Below are positions 1-11,639 of a DNA stretch of 64,000 bases, piece by piece. The notes under the pieces are model-generated. The model was given only the letters and a program-made list of their open reading frames with translations. It did no database searches and had not been told where the DNA came from. The number at the start of each line of letters is the position of its first letter. Within the stretch, counting starts at the first letter, position 1. The DNA comes from Tubiluchus corallicola (Eukaryota > Animalia > Priapulida), in the NCBI GenBank assembly GCA_030141605.1, contig JAQGDQ010000065.1, forward strand, positions 310,001 to 374,000. The letters are read 5' to 3'. A program made the position numbers and the translations under genes.

Positions 1-588
1 GAATTTTTGATTTCTCATTGAATCCCAGGCATGTACAAAAAAATAAATATTAATAATAATTAAGTAGATGTGCAATTTCCATATACATCAGTAAAGGAAA
101 ATGCATACCAAGCCCTGTGAAAGTGTTGTTCTGTATCCTCTCCCCCTTAAATACATTAAATAAAATTAACAACTTTTCATTGAATATGTTGATATCATTA
201 ATGGGAAGGATGTGTTTGATGAGCAAATTAATGCTTCTATGTGGAAACAGGTGTTATTATAACGGTCCATTGTCTAGTGATTCCAAGTAACAATAAATTA
301 TTGTACTATATATTATTATCATTATGTTTCACTAAAAAGAATATAAAATAAATAGACAGTGAAAACTAAAATTTTATATATAAATTAGAAACGTGTATCA
401 GCAAGTTATATTTCGTGTACCTTTATTTCTTATACGAATGTTAGCTTTCGACCCCAAAACTACAAATGCCCCGGATTTATCAACCCTTTTTTGAACCCCA
501 GGCATTTGTCGAAGCCTTCTTGATCCCAGGCATTTATCGACCCCTCGGATAGTCCCAGGGGTTGAATAGACTATTTTGGAAACCCCTG
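1..588. mobile_element. Right end of a hAT-like DNA transposon (left end outside the window)
   Basis: Terminus GGAAACCCCTG (reverse complement CAGGGGTTTCC) at 588; subterminal CCCAGGCATT repeats at 497-535 and a related copy near 24. Confidence 0.5.
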
Positions 589-671
589 CACTATAGCATA
601 ATTTAATTTTTTAGCTTTGTACAAATAGTCAAATACAGTACTCTGTAGAACTTCGCACAGTTTCCTTTAAA

Positions 672-712
672 GCAGGTCTTGGGTTCGAGTCGGAGTGGAG
701 GCGCCAAATTTT
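672..712 (+). mobile_element. Possible tRNA-derived SINE fragment
   Basis: B-box-like GGGTTCGAGTC followed by a T-run; no A box or cloverleaf. Confidence 0.3.
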
Positions 713-831
713 TAGACTTTCAGTATCACTTTTGTGCATTTACATAACTTCATAACTCAAAAGAATTGTTGGTATATGTTTTAAGAGTGAAAGAAGTTTC
801 AAATGTCTATACAATCATAAATTGATAATCA

Positions 832-928
832 GATTATTACCCCTTGAGGCAAATGTATCTCGGGCACAGTGCAAGAACGAGGCACTGTGACATAGTTCAG
901 GCACAATGCAAGAACTGGGGTAGTAATC
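832..928. mobile_element. Small MITE-like element
   Basis: 12-bp inverted termini GATTA(T/C)TACCCC; internal direct repeat GGCACA(G/A)TGCAAGAAC. Confidence 0.4.
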
Positions 929-1777
929 AATACTTTGGCCAAGCTGAAACACTGTAACTATATAACTATATAAGTATATTTTGGAAAGTCTATGGAAATT
1001 AATAGGCCTGCATTGAATGTTAATTTGTGATTATAAAGTTAAACAAGTTCAAGAATTATAACATAATGTAACCAACACATAACTATAACTTTGATATACA
1101 GTATGAGGCACATTGCTAAGTTTCTGCATTTCACTCAATTATAATTTTATCAAAAACCTAGCTATCTAGTGGGTCTGTAAAATTTCCTTGTAAATTTTGG
1201 CAACAACTTAGCAGTACTTACAGTTTTAAGCATCTGCAAGATGCTCTACAATTAGGGGTAATAGTAATCAGTAAGCTTGGTTGTAGCTGTTTATGTACTG
1301 TAGCCATTACAATTACAATGTTCAGAAAGCATGACTTGATACAAGTATTGGAGATGAGCCCATATGAGCTGCTGCGCTCATTAATCTTAATTTACCTACA
1401 CTTTTATATTACTAAATGTGTAAAGGCTGAATTCTGCAACAACAGTTAATATTTTTTCTATTAAAACTATAGTACTTAATTACAACTGACAGTTTGCCAT
1501 TAACTTGAAAGCCATTATATATTTCTTATTGAGATAGGCATTATTTTACTTATTATTTACCTTCTTTCTGAACAGATTTTTTTGAGTGAAATCAGATTTC
1601 TCAATAATGTACATGTAATCTGAACAACTTGCAACTTATTTCTTCTCTGCTTAGTTTAATATGCAACTAATAAAGAATGGCATTAAACAAGAACATTTGG
1701 TAACCTTTGCTTGAAAGAGATGCTATTAGAACAAACATAAACAAGCACTACACAGTCATAAGCAGTACATCTAGTAA

Positions 1778-1783
1778 TTTATT
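1778..1783 (-). terminator. RPS16 polyadenylation signal AATAAA
   Basis: AATAAA ~25 nt after the stop codon, consistent with the short 3'UTRs of ribosomal protein mRNAs. Confidence 0.7.
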
Positions 1784-1807
1784 ACTCATCAGCCATCACA
1801 AAAAAGA

Positions 1808-1953
1808 TTAACGATAGGACTTCTGGTAGCGGGCACGAGGTCCAGGTCCTCCAAACTTTTTCGGCTCTCGCCTTCGGGGATCTGCTACAAGAAGTGACTT
1901 ATCATACTGAATGAGAATGTCTTTAATTTCTTTCTTTGATGCTTCATCCACGT
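1808..1953 (-). CDS. RPS16: RPS16 last coding exon
   Basis: ttgcAG|(Y)[13 protein letters not shown]...QKSYR TAA; overlaps ORF 1808..1990. Confidence 0.96.
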
Positions 1954-4900
1954 CTGCAATGAAGTGAAATTCATTTACACTATAGTTCATGTTTTAGCTC
2001 AAAGTCCAAGTTTACAATTGGCAATAAACATTTACCATCGGCAGCACAGTTATGAAACAGTTGCAGAAGGTATTATTCAAGGCAGCCATCAACTTGTGTT
2101 GCCAGGGAATTTCTTGATGCAGATAAACTAATAAAATGCAAACATGAAGTTGGCTGAAAATGGATCAAAGCAAATTATTGATGTTTAGCAACAGAGAAAT
2201 ATAACTTTCGGTAATTATACTTATGTAGCAGCTCACTGCACAGGTATAATTTTTATTGTTTTTCGTTTAACAAGAATTGCCCCACCTTACGTGCGTTTCG
2301 TACGAATTTGGAAAGATGTTGCTGCAATAAAGTACACATTAGCTTGTTAGAACTGCTGAAAATAAATTGAGGATAAGAAAAATCTACATAAAAGGGCAAC
2401 ATGTTGAAATAAAAAGAAATAAAAGGTTATGGTTGAACAGGAAAAAATACAGGAGTAGTGGTATCAAACCTACCCTACCTTCAAGTATTAAAAGTATTTA
2501 CCGCAGCTTTCAATAAACCAATGACTAGTGAACATTGACATGCAACAAAACATTAAAGTCTGATCATCTGCAGTTTATCATGTTTAAATAACTTAACTTT
2601 TGTGCATAAAGCACATTAAGGCAACATAAGAAAGAAAAGTTAAACAGTGTTGCCTTATACAACAGATTTCTCATAGTTATTTGGGTTAACCTTTATGTAA
2701 ATGGAAAAAGTTCACATACATTTCTGATAATAAGCCACCAAAGCTTTTGATATAGCTTGTCGGATAGCATAAATCTGAGCTACATGACCACCGCCTTTCA
2801 CACGTATCCGAATGTCCACTCCAGAAAAACGCTCTTTACCCAACAAGAGGATAGGTTCCTGTAACTGTAGCAAAATCATTATAATTGCAAGGTGTGTAAA
2901 TTTGCGATAACAAACAATTTACATTCTTGTATAGTTTCAGTTGGAGTTGAATTAAACGTTCCTAAATAAAATCTGCATCACTGGTAGTTAAAGATAACAG
3001 TAATTTAGGAAATACTGCCTAGGGTAAATGGGAAAGATGTGTTTCACTCACTTTGGGCACACCATAATAGTTTATAATTTGTGTTTCTACAAATTTCTCT
3101 TCACTTAAGATGTTAAGCTTTCTAGTGTTTTAAGCAAGTCTATTTTCTTAATGAGCCAAAGTCACATTAGTGACAAGAAACTGACAATTATGAAAATATT
3201 CTTGCTGTCAACATAAATACTGACTTCAATTCAATTGTTTTGAACATACAGCACATGGGCAGAGATGGAAAATCATCTTACAAATGTCCTAAGGATTATA
3301 AGTTGGCAACCTAGTGATGGCCTAGGAGAAGTACTTGGGGTAGAGTAGAGCAAAGGTCTGCAGGTTTAAGAGCAAAGCCATGTAAAATTTGAAGAGCTGA
3401 AGTTCTAAAATGTCAAGTTTATTAGTATTTTCACCACTTACACCGTGTATTTTTACTGGCAATGCAGCCACTATCTTCAATAATATTGATTAACATTATA
3501 AATGGATTTAAGTGATTTAAAGCTGTGATGCTTGACATGGCAACAGTATTTCATTTGCTACATTATGTTAGCAAATCTTCGATACTTTTCTACCTTATGC
3601 TAGTCTGCTAGATACCATCGCTTAAAATTTCTTAGACCTATACTAACAAAGGAACATTTGATTTGGTTCACATAAATGCTATGACACAACATGAAAGCAA
3701 TCATTCTTCAAAATGATGAACACCTAATCCAATAAACATTTCTTATGTCTTATGTTGCTTAACTACTGGAGGCAGTATTAAACTGTGAGGTTTCTAAGAT
3801 AATAGGACATGTATTGGTTGGTGACGAATCTAGGTGGCAAAGCCACTTGCTAGGGTAATTATAATCTCAAGATAGATTTTGAAATAACTATAAGCACCGT
3901 AACATTAAAGTTTTAAACTATTACAGTATATGGCACTTGAAATTTTAGTATGCAGGTGGGTACTGAGCAGCCAGTGACTGCAAAATCAATACATCCTATC
4001 TTCATAACAGCAGGCCTATTTATATTGTTGCGCTTGACTAAGATGTACTTGAGTCATAGATGTAATATGGCTTGATTAGTGAACTGGTTGGGCAAATTAG
4101 GAAGACGGAGCAGAGGAGAGCAAAAAAAAGAGAGTGAACAAATTAGCAGAACGCCATGGCGAGGAAATGTGTTGCTTTATTTTGTTAAAAGCTACTTGTT
4201 CTTTTAAATCAGTTTTAATAAATGTGTTTTTAAACAAAGTTAGAAGTTTGTCAGCTCTACAAACTGTAACAATATAACTAGATCGCACACAATAGCTGCA
4301 TAAATGCTTAGACAAACGTTCTACTGCTGCCAAGTAGTTTATTAGACAAAATATTTGAGCATGTACGGACAAACTGGCGTGCGGAGAAATATTACCAGGG
4401 CACTTTATTTATGACTTTAGTCATAAATTGCATAAATAGCTTATTTAATACTAATTTCAGATTTTATTTATGACTATTTATGACGTGTCAAATTTTGACC
4501 AAAAATGCCATCCTGAGCTAAAAGAAATACATATTTTTAATCAGAATCTTGTATTTTGCCTTTCTTCGTTCTTCATTACATTAAAATGTAATAAAAATGT
4601 CTACTTTCATCATTCCAAGGCCTGAAGTTTCTCGTATTGTTTTGCATGCAGGCATCCCTCAGACTGAATCGTGATCGTGTTTATAATAATTATAGTATCG
4701 GTTTTAATTGTTTAGGATGACCTATAAAATTACTGCTCATAAAAATCAATCTATTAATTAATTCGTACAGTCACAATTCGTAGCCACAATTAGTACAAGT
4801 AAATAATGTATTTTTTAAATATCGATTTTAAATTTAATGTTGGAAAATACTATTGGCTATTACATCTTTCTAGGGAACCGTCACGTATGTTTTCTAATTA

Positions 4901-7809
4901 AAATTACATTAAGCAAAATAACTAAACAAGAAAAACAGTTAAATTTTAATGACAATGAAGCAACAAATTCTCCCAAAGATAAAATATGCTCAAATTCTAG
5001 CAGACGGCATTATTCTTATTTCTTGAGGATGAGGCAGTAAGGCACGGGAAACCTTGCGGCAAACTCGAGCTAAAACCTACACCCAAGCCATTGACTTACG
5101 CCGCTTAGGGGTAAGCATCGAAGTTCGGTTCGATTCGAATTCGAAAGTCACAATTCGGTTCGATTCGAATTCGCTTTCTGGTAGAGAATGCTCACCCCTA
5201 ACGCCGCTAGGATGAGAAAGGCACTGAAATGAACGTGCAAAGAAAAGAATTAGAAGTGTAGATTTCTGTTATTGTGCAGAGCGTAGGTTTGAGGCGGCAG
5301 AACTTTAGGACATTAAAATAGGTAAGCTGTCTTTAATTCAAATTTTCGATGGAACGACAACGATTCTGTCGGTGCCTATTTATTTTTTCGCGGTAACGCG
5401 CTCATTTACTTTTTATTATTTAGGTTGCTTCTAGACGAGTTAATGACAGATAAACGCATCAGTTAGACAGTCTCAGTTACTGTGTTAGTCCACCAAACAG
5501 TCACGCGCAAGCTTCTTATGGACTGCCTGTGTGTGTGGGAGAGAGAGAGAGAGAGAGACGGTGGAAACAGTTTTCTGTACTGAATTTTTTGTTCCATTCA
5601 TCGGGAAATGATTATTTTTCTTTCGTTATTTATGACAAATTTGAAATCTTATTTATGACTATTTATGACTATTTTGCAAGAAAAGTCATAAATAAAGTGC
5701 CCTGAATATTACCCAGCAGCAGCAATGCAACAGTCATTCTATTATGCACAATATTTTGCACATACTCACTTTGTATCTAAGTGTTGTGGGCTCCACAAGT
5801 TCTAATGGGCGGCCATTAACTTTAATGAGTCCATTTCCACGTTTGCAGTGTGCTACAGCCGTGGCAGTTTTCTATAACAACAAATCAGTATGCTAATCAT
5901 CAAATTTAACCTCAAAAGAAATTTAAAATTCACAATACTTAGTTAAAGGCCTCAAAGCCTTGTTCAAAATACTTGGTTTAAGGATTTTAGGACTCATACC
6001 CAAAACATCTCTAAAGTAAGCAGCAAATTTGTCCAAAAATGTGGCAAGAAAAAAGTAAACAGTTTGCTGCATAATAATCAACTACTCTTGTTTGTCACAT
6101 TCACTAGGAAAAACTTAAACGTGGTTAAACACAGTTGTCCAAGTCAAAAAAAGTTAAAACAAATGATATAGTTTGTTTAAGCAGTGGCATGCAGTGAGTT
6201 GTGAGACAATGCATGAAATCTGCTAAGTGATCTGGGAGAGTCTGTTAATCTCTTCCAGCGGGATCAGGGCCGCCAGTGCATTTTCCCATATTTCAATGTG
6301 TTTTGGACACCTAAATTGAGATCTATTTATTACATGCAGACTGCTTCAAGTATAAAGTATTGTTGTTACATAAAGTGTATAATCAGTGCATTTGGTTTTT
6401 AACAATGCTAACTTTATCAGAAAGATGTAAGTCTAAATCTGGCAGCAGAAATGCCTTCCAGATGGCACTTTTTAACTAGTATTATTTTAACTAGTAGAAA
6501 GTATTATTCATGATTACAGGCTGAAGCTGAGTCAGTCACTACTATATCAGCTGACTCACACAGTAAACCAGCTAGCTTGGATGAAGTTGACTGACTTTTC
6601 GGCTGAGTTGGCTTAAAGAAAAATCAGCTAAGTCAGCTAAAGCTACGAATTTTTCTCAACTAAATAAATGCTAAATTGTTAGTTAACTGTAAAATTATGG
6701 AGACAAATTTAATAAAAATAATTTGTGTTGCTTATGCACAGAAAAAGCTGATGTATAAATTTAAATAATGCATAATATAATTTAAATCCAACTCTTGGAG
6801 AGGGTGCGAGGCTTATCTTGATTACCAATGAATCAATGCCAAAACACCCAAATGCTTCTATACGTGTGACTAACGTTGCTTATTTGTGAATTTAATTTTC
6901 TGTTGACCGATTTTCTCGTTCAAAAATTTCTAAGTTGAGTATCTCTGCCAACACATGCACAATCTGAAGGGGGAATCGGCAATGCTCATGCCATATTTCA
7001 ACCAGTGAATTGTAGTGTCACGAGATTATCGCAAGAGCGAAAATTTTTGCAGCTGGCAAAAATGTCGGTTAGCTCGACTCACATCACTAGGTGGCTGGCG
7101 CGACTAAAGCTGGGTTTCTCATCGGCTAGGCTGACTGTAGAAATAAACTGGCTGGAGCTCAGGTGAAACGGCGCGGCTCTGGGCTCTATCCATAATACAT
7201 CTAAATTTGGTTGTGGTATAATTTTATATAAACTCAATTATCATTCATCAAGGCCTTGCCATATGGCAAATTACTTTGAGTCTCAAACTAGCTGAAAGTT
7301 CTGAACTTTAGCAGCTTTGATCATTCTGTAGTGAAGGTAGCAACAAGGTAGCTTATGCAGACATACACCCCATATATTCTATCTATGGCATTCCTAGACG
7401 ACTCTTTCACATTGTCTAATACTGGGCGATTCCATTTTAGGAAAAGGGGGAAATGATCTCTTTCACTGCTATCACACTTTGTGTGATGTTTACATCAAAG
7501 AAACAGATCAAGTCCAAGTGTGTAGTCATAATGACCGTTTGTTTGCTACAGTTTTCATAATACAGTTAGTATAAGCAATGTTCGACGTGATTAAAAAAAT
7601 ACATAGAAAAAATAAAAAACTACTTATGGACACATAAAACTTAATGATGACAAAGTTTCAAGTTCTTAAAAAATAACCCCCTACAACCTTATTTATTCAT
7701 TGGGACATGCTTTAACTTAACCTCAATTAATTAAAAGAGAGATTACCTTGCGACCAAAAACTTGCACAGATTGCACTGGACCTTTTGCTTGTGCTTGCGA
7801 TAAAGCCAT
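1808..7809 (-). CDS. RPS16: 40S ribosomal protein S16 (uS9), spliced gene; coding exons 7747-7809, 5770-5871, 2720-2864, 1808-1953 (456 nt, 151 aa)
   Basis: Joined translation [21 protein letters not shown]|[34 protein letters not shown]|[15 protein letters not shown]...AYYQK|[48 protein letters not shown]; all three introns GT-AG with consistent phases. Confidence 0.97.
2720..2864 (-). CDS. RPS16: RPS16 coding exon 3
   Basis: ctacAG|[48 protein letters not shown]|GTATGT, 145 nt. Confidence 0.96.
4396..5704. mobile_element. Non-autonomous hAT element (1309 bp) in RPS16 intron
   Basis: Perfect 23-bp TIR CAGGGCACTTTATTTATGACTTT; perfect 8-bp TSD AATATTAC (4388-4395 and 5705-5712); subterminal TATTTATGAC repeats. 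Confidence 0.92.
5106..5200. mobile_element. 95-bp hAT-type MITE nested in the 4396-5704 element
   Basis: TIR TAGGGGT(A/G)AGCAT; perfect 8-bp TSD ACGCCGCT (5098-5105 and 5201-5208); internal 20-bp direct repeat TTCGGTTCGATTCGAATTCG x2. Confidence 0.88.
5770..5871 (-). CDS. RPS16: RPS16 coding exon 2
   Basis: tatAG|[34 protein letters not shown]|GTGAGT, 102 nt. Confidence 0.96.
7747..7809 (-). CDS. RPS16: RPS16 coding exon 1
   Basis: ATG at 7809, [21 protein letters not shown], donor GTAATC; acceptor ttgcAG lies 1 nt upstream of the ATG. Confidence 0.92.
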
Positions 7810-8864
7810 TCTGCAATAACACATACTCTCAGTACTTGGTAATTCAAGATACATTGCTAATTCTAATAGTGAAGCAACATATTATACATTAAAGTTCAAA
7901 TAATACAGCAATCATTCTTTTCTGGATAAAAACATGAAATTTAAAAAATTAAGCATTTTAGGGCAAACAGCATTGAACATGTTCTTTCAAAGGGAAGAAT
8001 AGTCATTCACAAAATTTTTTAAAAGTGATAGAATCAAGTTTTCACAAGCTTGTCCATAAATGCAATTGCAAATTCTTTTAGATTTTTAGGTAGCTAATTA
8101 AAAGTCACCTATACCCACGTTTATTTCAAGAATGCTGACAATACATGTATCATTTTATAAAGTACTAGAATGAGCTGTTAACTTTATATGCGTAGCTAAC
8201 AATTACGTTGGCTTAGGCATATTGCGCGTGGTATGTATCACAGCACAGTTTTTTTCCAAAAAATCGTGATTTTTATGACATGCAGTCCTTAGTTTTATTA
8301 ATTTATTAATGTTATTTTGAAGTAATGCAATACATGAAGCAAACTAAATTAAGCTGAACTCGAATTTAATTTAATTTGTTTCAGTAATGCCCTCCCAAAT
8401 TACTGAAACCATTTTGCATCATGGTATAATTCTACAAAATATATATATCAGAAGAAGCAATTGTAGAAGTAACACTGGGATCTTCAGGAAATTGTTTAGT
8501 CTTCATTCTTAAACATAGAGAGCACGGACGGCTCCCTATGGCACCACGGATGTGCTTTCACATCTCGGAAAATTCGAAGTTGTAAAAAGATTGCTTTGTG
8601 TGATGAACGCGTAAATAAAATGGGAGACAACAAGGAATCATAAATTTAAGACAGGCAGCTTACTACGACCATTGTTACAAAAAGAAAATTGCAATAAATT
8701 GGAATAAAATCAAATGGAATACTTAAGAGATGTTTAGTCCCAAGAGATCCTATTCATATTTATTTTATCACTTCTTCTACAACTAGTCTTTTTAAAAACA
8801 TAGCAATAGATCGTTTTTTACCTAAATCTGTGTGCTGCTTTACCTGTAGTTCCCAGTGAGCTTA

Positions 8865-9075
8865 AAGATATAATTAAAGGAAAGGCCAAGCCTTCTGGGA
8901 AGTTAGTTTATTTCAATGTTTGAGAAAAATGTTAGTCTTAAGGATATAGTAATAAAAGTGTGGTAAGCGCCTCGGATATTAGTAAAATCACTTTAATGTT
9001 TCGATCATTTAGCGCTTGGGCACTCCCATTTTGAACTCGCATTCTTCCACCAGTGATGTCATTCATCGACTAAAG
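8865..9075 (-). repeat. Interspersed repeat copy, inverted homolog of 15250-15465
   Basis: Reverse complement aligns along ~200 bp with 15250-15465 (TGGTGGAAGAATG...AAAATGGGAG...AAAGTGATTTTAC...CTTTTATTACTA). Confidence 0.7.
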
Positions 9076-9234
9076 AAAAGGTACACACTGTTCATTTCTG
9101 TCAAAAGTATGCAACAAGTTTTTACAAAAAAATAGATAGCTAATTTTCTGATGTAAGCTGCAGATGTCTGAATTAGTTTTAGAGGCGTGTGCTTATGGGA
9201 AGCCATGATGTGTTTACAAAAAGTTACCAGTTAC

Positions 9235-9933
9235 TAAGAATGTTACTGAAACTGAAAGTACAAACCGAAACCGAACTTTATGAAGCATGGGAAACCGATA
9301 CCGAAAGAAACCGAACCGAAATCTTCTTTACAAAGCCAACTATTATCAAAACTAAAAAAATTCTGAAATAACTAAAATACTTTGTTTTTGCTTGTTTGTT
9401 TATATTTGCCCTGATGCAAGCTTGATAGAAATAGCTAGGCAAAAAATACCTAACCAAAGAAGTAGAACAATGTTTATGGTTAAAGATCGTGAAGCTACAA
9501 AAAATTGACAATTTTATTTTGTAAATACATGTATTTTGTTGCCTATATTTTACAAATTATAATATTAAACTTGGTTTTATTCAAATTATGCCTTGATATT
9601 TCAGTTGCTTGTGCCTGGCGACCTTAAGGCTTCATAGTCGTCAGCACTGCAGACATGACGCATATCCTCCGTAAAAAACATGCTACAAATGGTATAAAAA
9701 CTTAAATAAACGATATTTACGCTTTATTTGAACTATTTTAACCAATATTTTTCAGCGATTTCTATCATCTAGCAAAAAAGGTAAGCTGAATAAAAACTGA
9801 TAAAACCTCGGAAAAATGCTACCAAAAATTCGGCTATGAAACTTGATAATTTTCGACAAAATTGAGACTCAACTGAAAGTGCAATTGTTGGCAAACCGAA
9901 ACGAATGATGGCTACCACAGTTTGGTAATTTCT
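9235..9933. mobile_element. Decayed hAT-like MITE with AACCGA subterminal repeats
   Basis: Imperfect termini TAAGAATGTTACTGAAACTG / CAGTTTGGTAATTTCTA; clustered AAACCGA motifs at 9262-9320 and 9893. Confidence 0.45.
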
Positions 9934-10199
9934 AAACAGCAGTAGTATAAATTAATTTCAAGCTTTGTAAATAGTTTTTTGCAGATTTCTTTGTTGCATA
10001 TTTCTAAGCGATAACAGTAAAAAACTCAACATACTGTGGTATAGCCACTAATTTTTCAGAACATTTGTTTAACACGTTTCAAACATTCTGTAGAGATTAA
10101 CACGTATTCTTGGACAAGGTATTTTATAAAGAGGCAAAACGCTGAAACGTTTTTTAATTAGAATTGCTTTAAATTTTGTCGTTTCAGCTATTATGCAAG

Positions 10200-10410
10200 A
10201 AAATGGCTTGTGGTCGCTGTGTCACTGACGTACAAAGAGCTGCTAACGAGTTTCATACAAGAGAGAAAAGCTAAAAAAATCCATGAGCAAAAGCAGACAC
10301 CATGCGTAAAAGGTCGACCGTTGTGACATCTCGTAAGCAGTTTCGGAGAGTTTTGTGTTTTTTTAGTCGTCAAAAGGTGGCAACACTAGATAAAATTCCT
10401 TAGTTACAGA
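10200..10410. promoter_or_regulatory. Probable bidirectional promoter RPS16/IFT74
   Basis: Locally CpG-richer block between divergent genes; TOP/TCT start on the minus strand, TGGCAACAC (RFX half-site-like) at 10378-10386, degenerate X-box-like ATTCCTTAGTTAC at 10395-10407; candidate IFT74 leader-exon donor AAG|GTAAAC at 10575. Confidence 0.5.
10234..10270 (-). other. RPS16: Candidate non-coding first exon of RPS16 starting with a 5'TOP/TCT tract
   Basis: Minus strand CTTTTCTCTCTT (10270-10259), 37-nt exon, donor GTACGT at 10233; YY1-like AAAATGGC (10200-10207) just downstream; the ATG exon starts at an acceptor and so needs an upstream leader. Confidence 0.6.
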
Positions 10411-10913
10411 AAAACATTGAACATGTTATTGAATCTTCGATGTTTGTTAGATTTAATCACTTAATCCTGTTAAATTTTGTTTAAAAAGTGAAGTTAATAT
10501 TAGACACATTTAGTCAAAGTATTACGGTTATTGACTAGGAACTAGTAAGAGTTCGTGGGAAAGCTGTTTAAAAGGTAAACCAGTTATACTTTATTTTCTA
10601 TATATATTATTACTAACAGTAATACTAATAGTACTTTAGTTATTAATTATTACCTTATACCATATTACCTTATCCAAAGAAATAAGGACCTACATGGTAA
10701 CTATCTATAAACGGTCCTCTTTCATGTGTCTTTTGAAACTGTCAACTGATTGCGATTGCGATACTCGACTCTCTCCACCTATCAGAAGCGGGCACTTTTA
10801 TAGGGTGCAAATTCTATTTTTCTATAACGCTGATCTTTTAGTTGTCTTTTCCGACTTTAATGTCTTTATTTGTCTTTATCCTGTATTCCATGCATTCGTT
10901 CACTAGATTTCTG

Positions 10914-10971
10914 ATTTATTCCGAGTACGAATAAAAGTGATATATCACTTTTATTCGTACTCGGAATAAAT
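10914..10971. repeat. Perfect 58-bp palindrome followed by (TA)n
   Basis: ATTTATTCCGAGTACGAATAAAAGTGATA|TATCACTTTTATTCGTACTCGGAATAAAT, 29/29 with no loop. Confidence 0.97.
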
Positions 10972-11639
10972 ATATATATATATATATAATCCACCTTGAA
11001 GTTGAGGTGCAGGCTGTGCACTGAAAAATGTAATCTTGAGAAAAACACGATTAAAGTCTGTCATTGTTTTTTGTCGCATCTCTACAAAACTCTTAGCAAC
11101 CATGCGAAAGTGTGGATGTTATGGACTTTACAAGAGCAAATTGAAGTTATGTTTAAATCCATTAGATGGTTTTTCCTGATGAAGATCTCGTATTGTCAAC
11201 AGAAAAAAACTTGAAGCAAAATGGCTGCTTCCATGGGCTACAATCGGAATCAGAAAACACAAGTTTTTTACAACTGGATAGTGTCATTTTGGGATATTGA
11301 AGGTGATGATGGTGAATTGTACTGAGTACTGACTGCATCCTATGTTGCCTATTTTGTACTTAGTAGTCTACTTCTGCACTTATGGAATGCCTGGCAGTCT
11401 CCACTAATTGATAAAATCAAGGAGAGTAGGTCCACCTTCCAAGGTGACCTTGAAGGATATTTTCAAAATCTGGTGGAAAGAAATTGGTTGTAATCAATTT
11501 TGAAATTGCACTTGGATGTTTAAGGCAGGCCTTGGACATGGTCTGGATGGGATTTGTTGGCTTATTTTGAAGTAGTGTTCATCTAAGTTTTCATTACTAA
11601 TGTATCTTCTACATTTGAAGATCTTTAAATTCTGATAAA

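Noticed and set aside
4541-4613. Minus-strand C box ATGATGA ... D box CTGA pair in an RPS16 intron (snoRNA candidate)
   Set aside because: Lies inside the hAT element, has no terminal stem and no recognisable rRNA guide
7159-7251. Second C/D-like pair whose pre-D segment loosely complements the 18S GTGAAAC..GGCTC region
   Set aside because: Only ~7 contiguous complementary bases, a non-canonical C box, no terminal stem, and it overlaps a repeat-like block
8844-8885. Alternative RPS16 TOP leader exon (CCTTTCCTTT ... CAG|GTAAAG)
   Set aside because: The pyrimidine tract is part of an interspersed repeat also present at 15250-15465; 10234-10270 has a better promoter context. Not fully excluded
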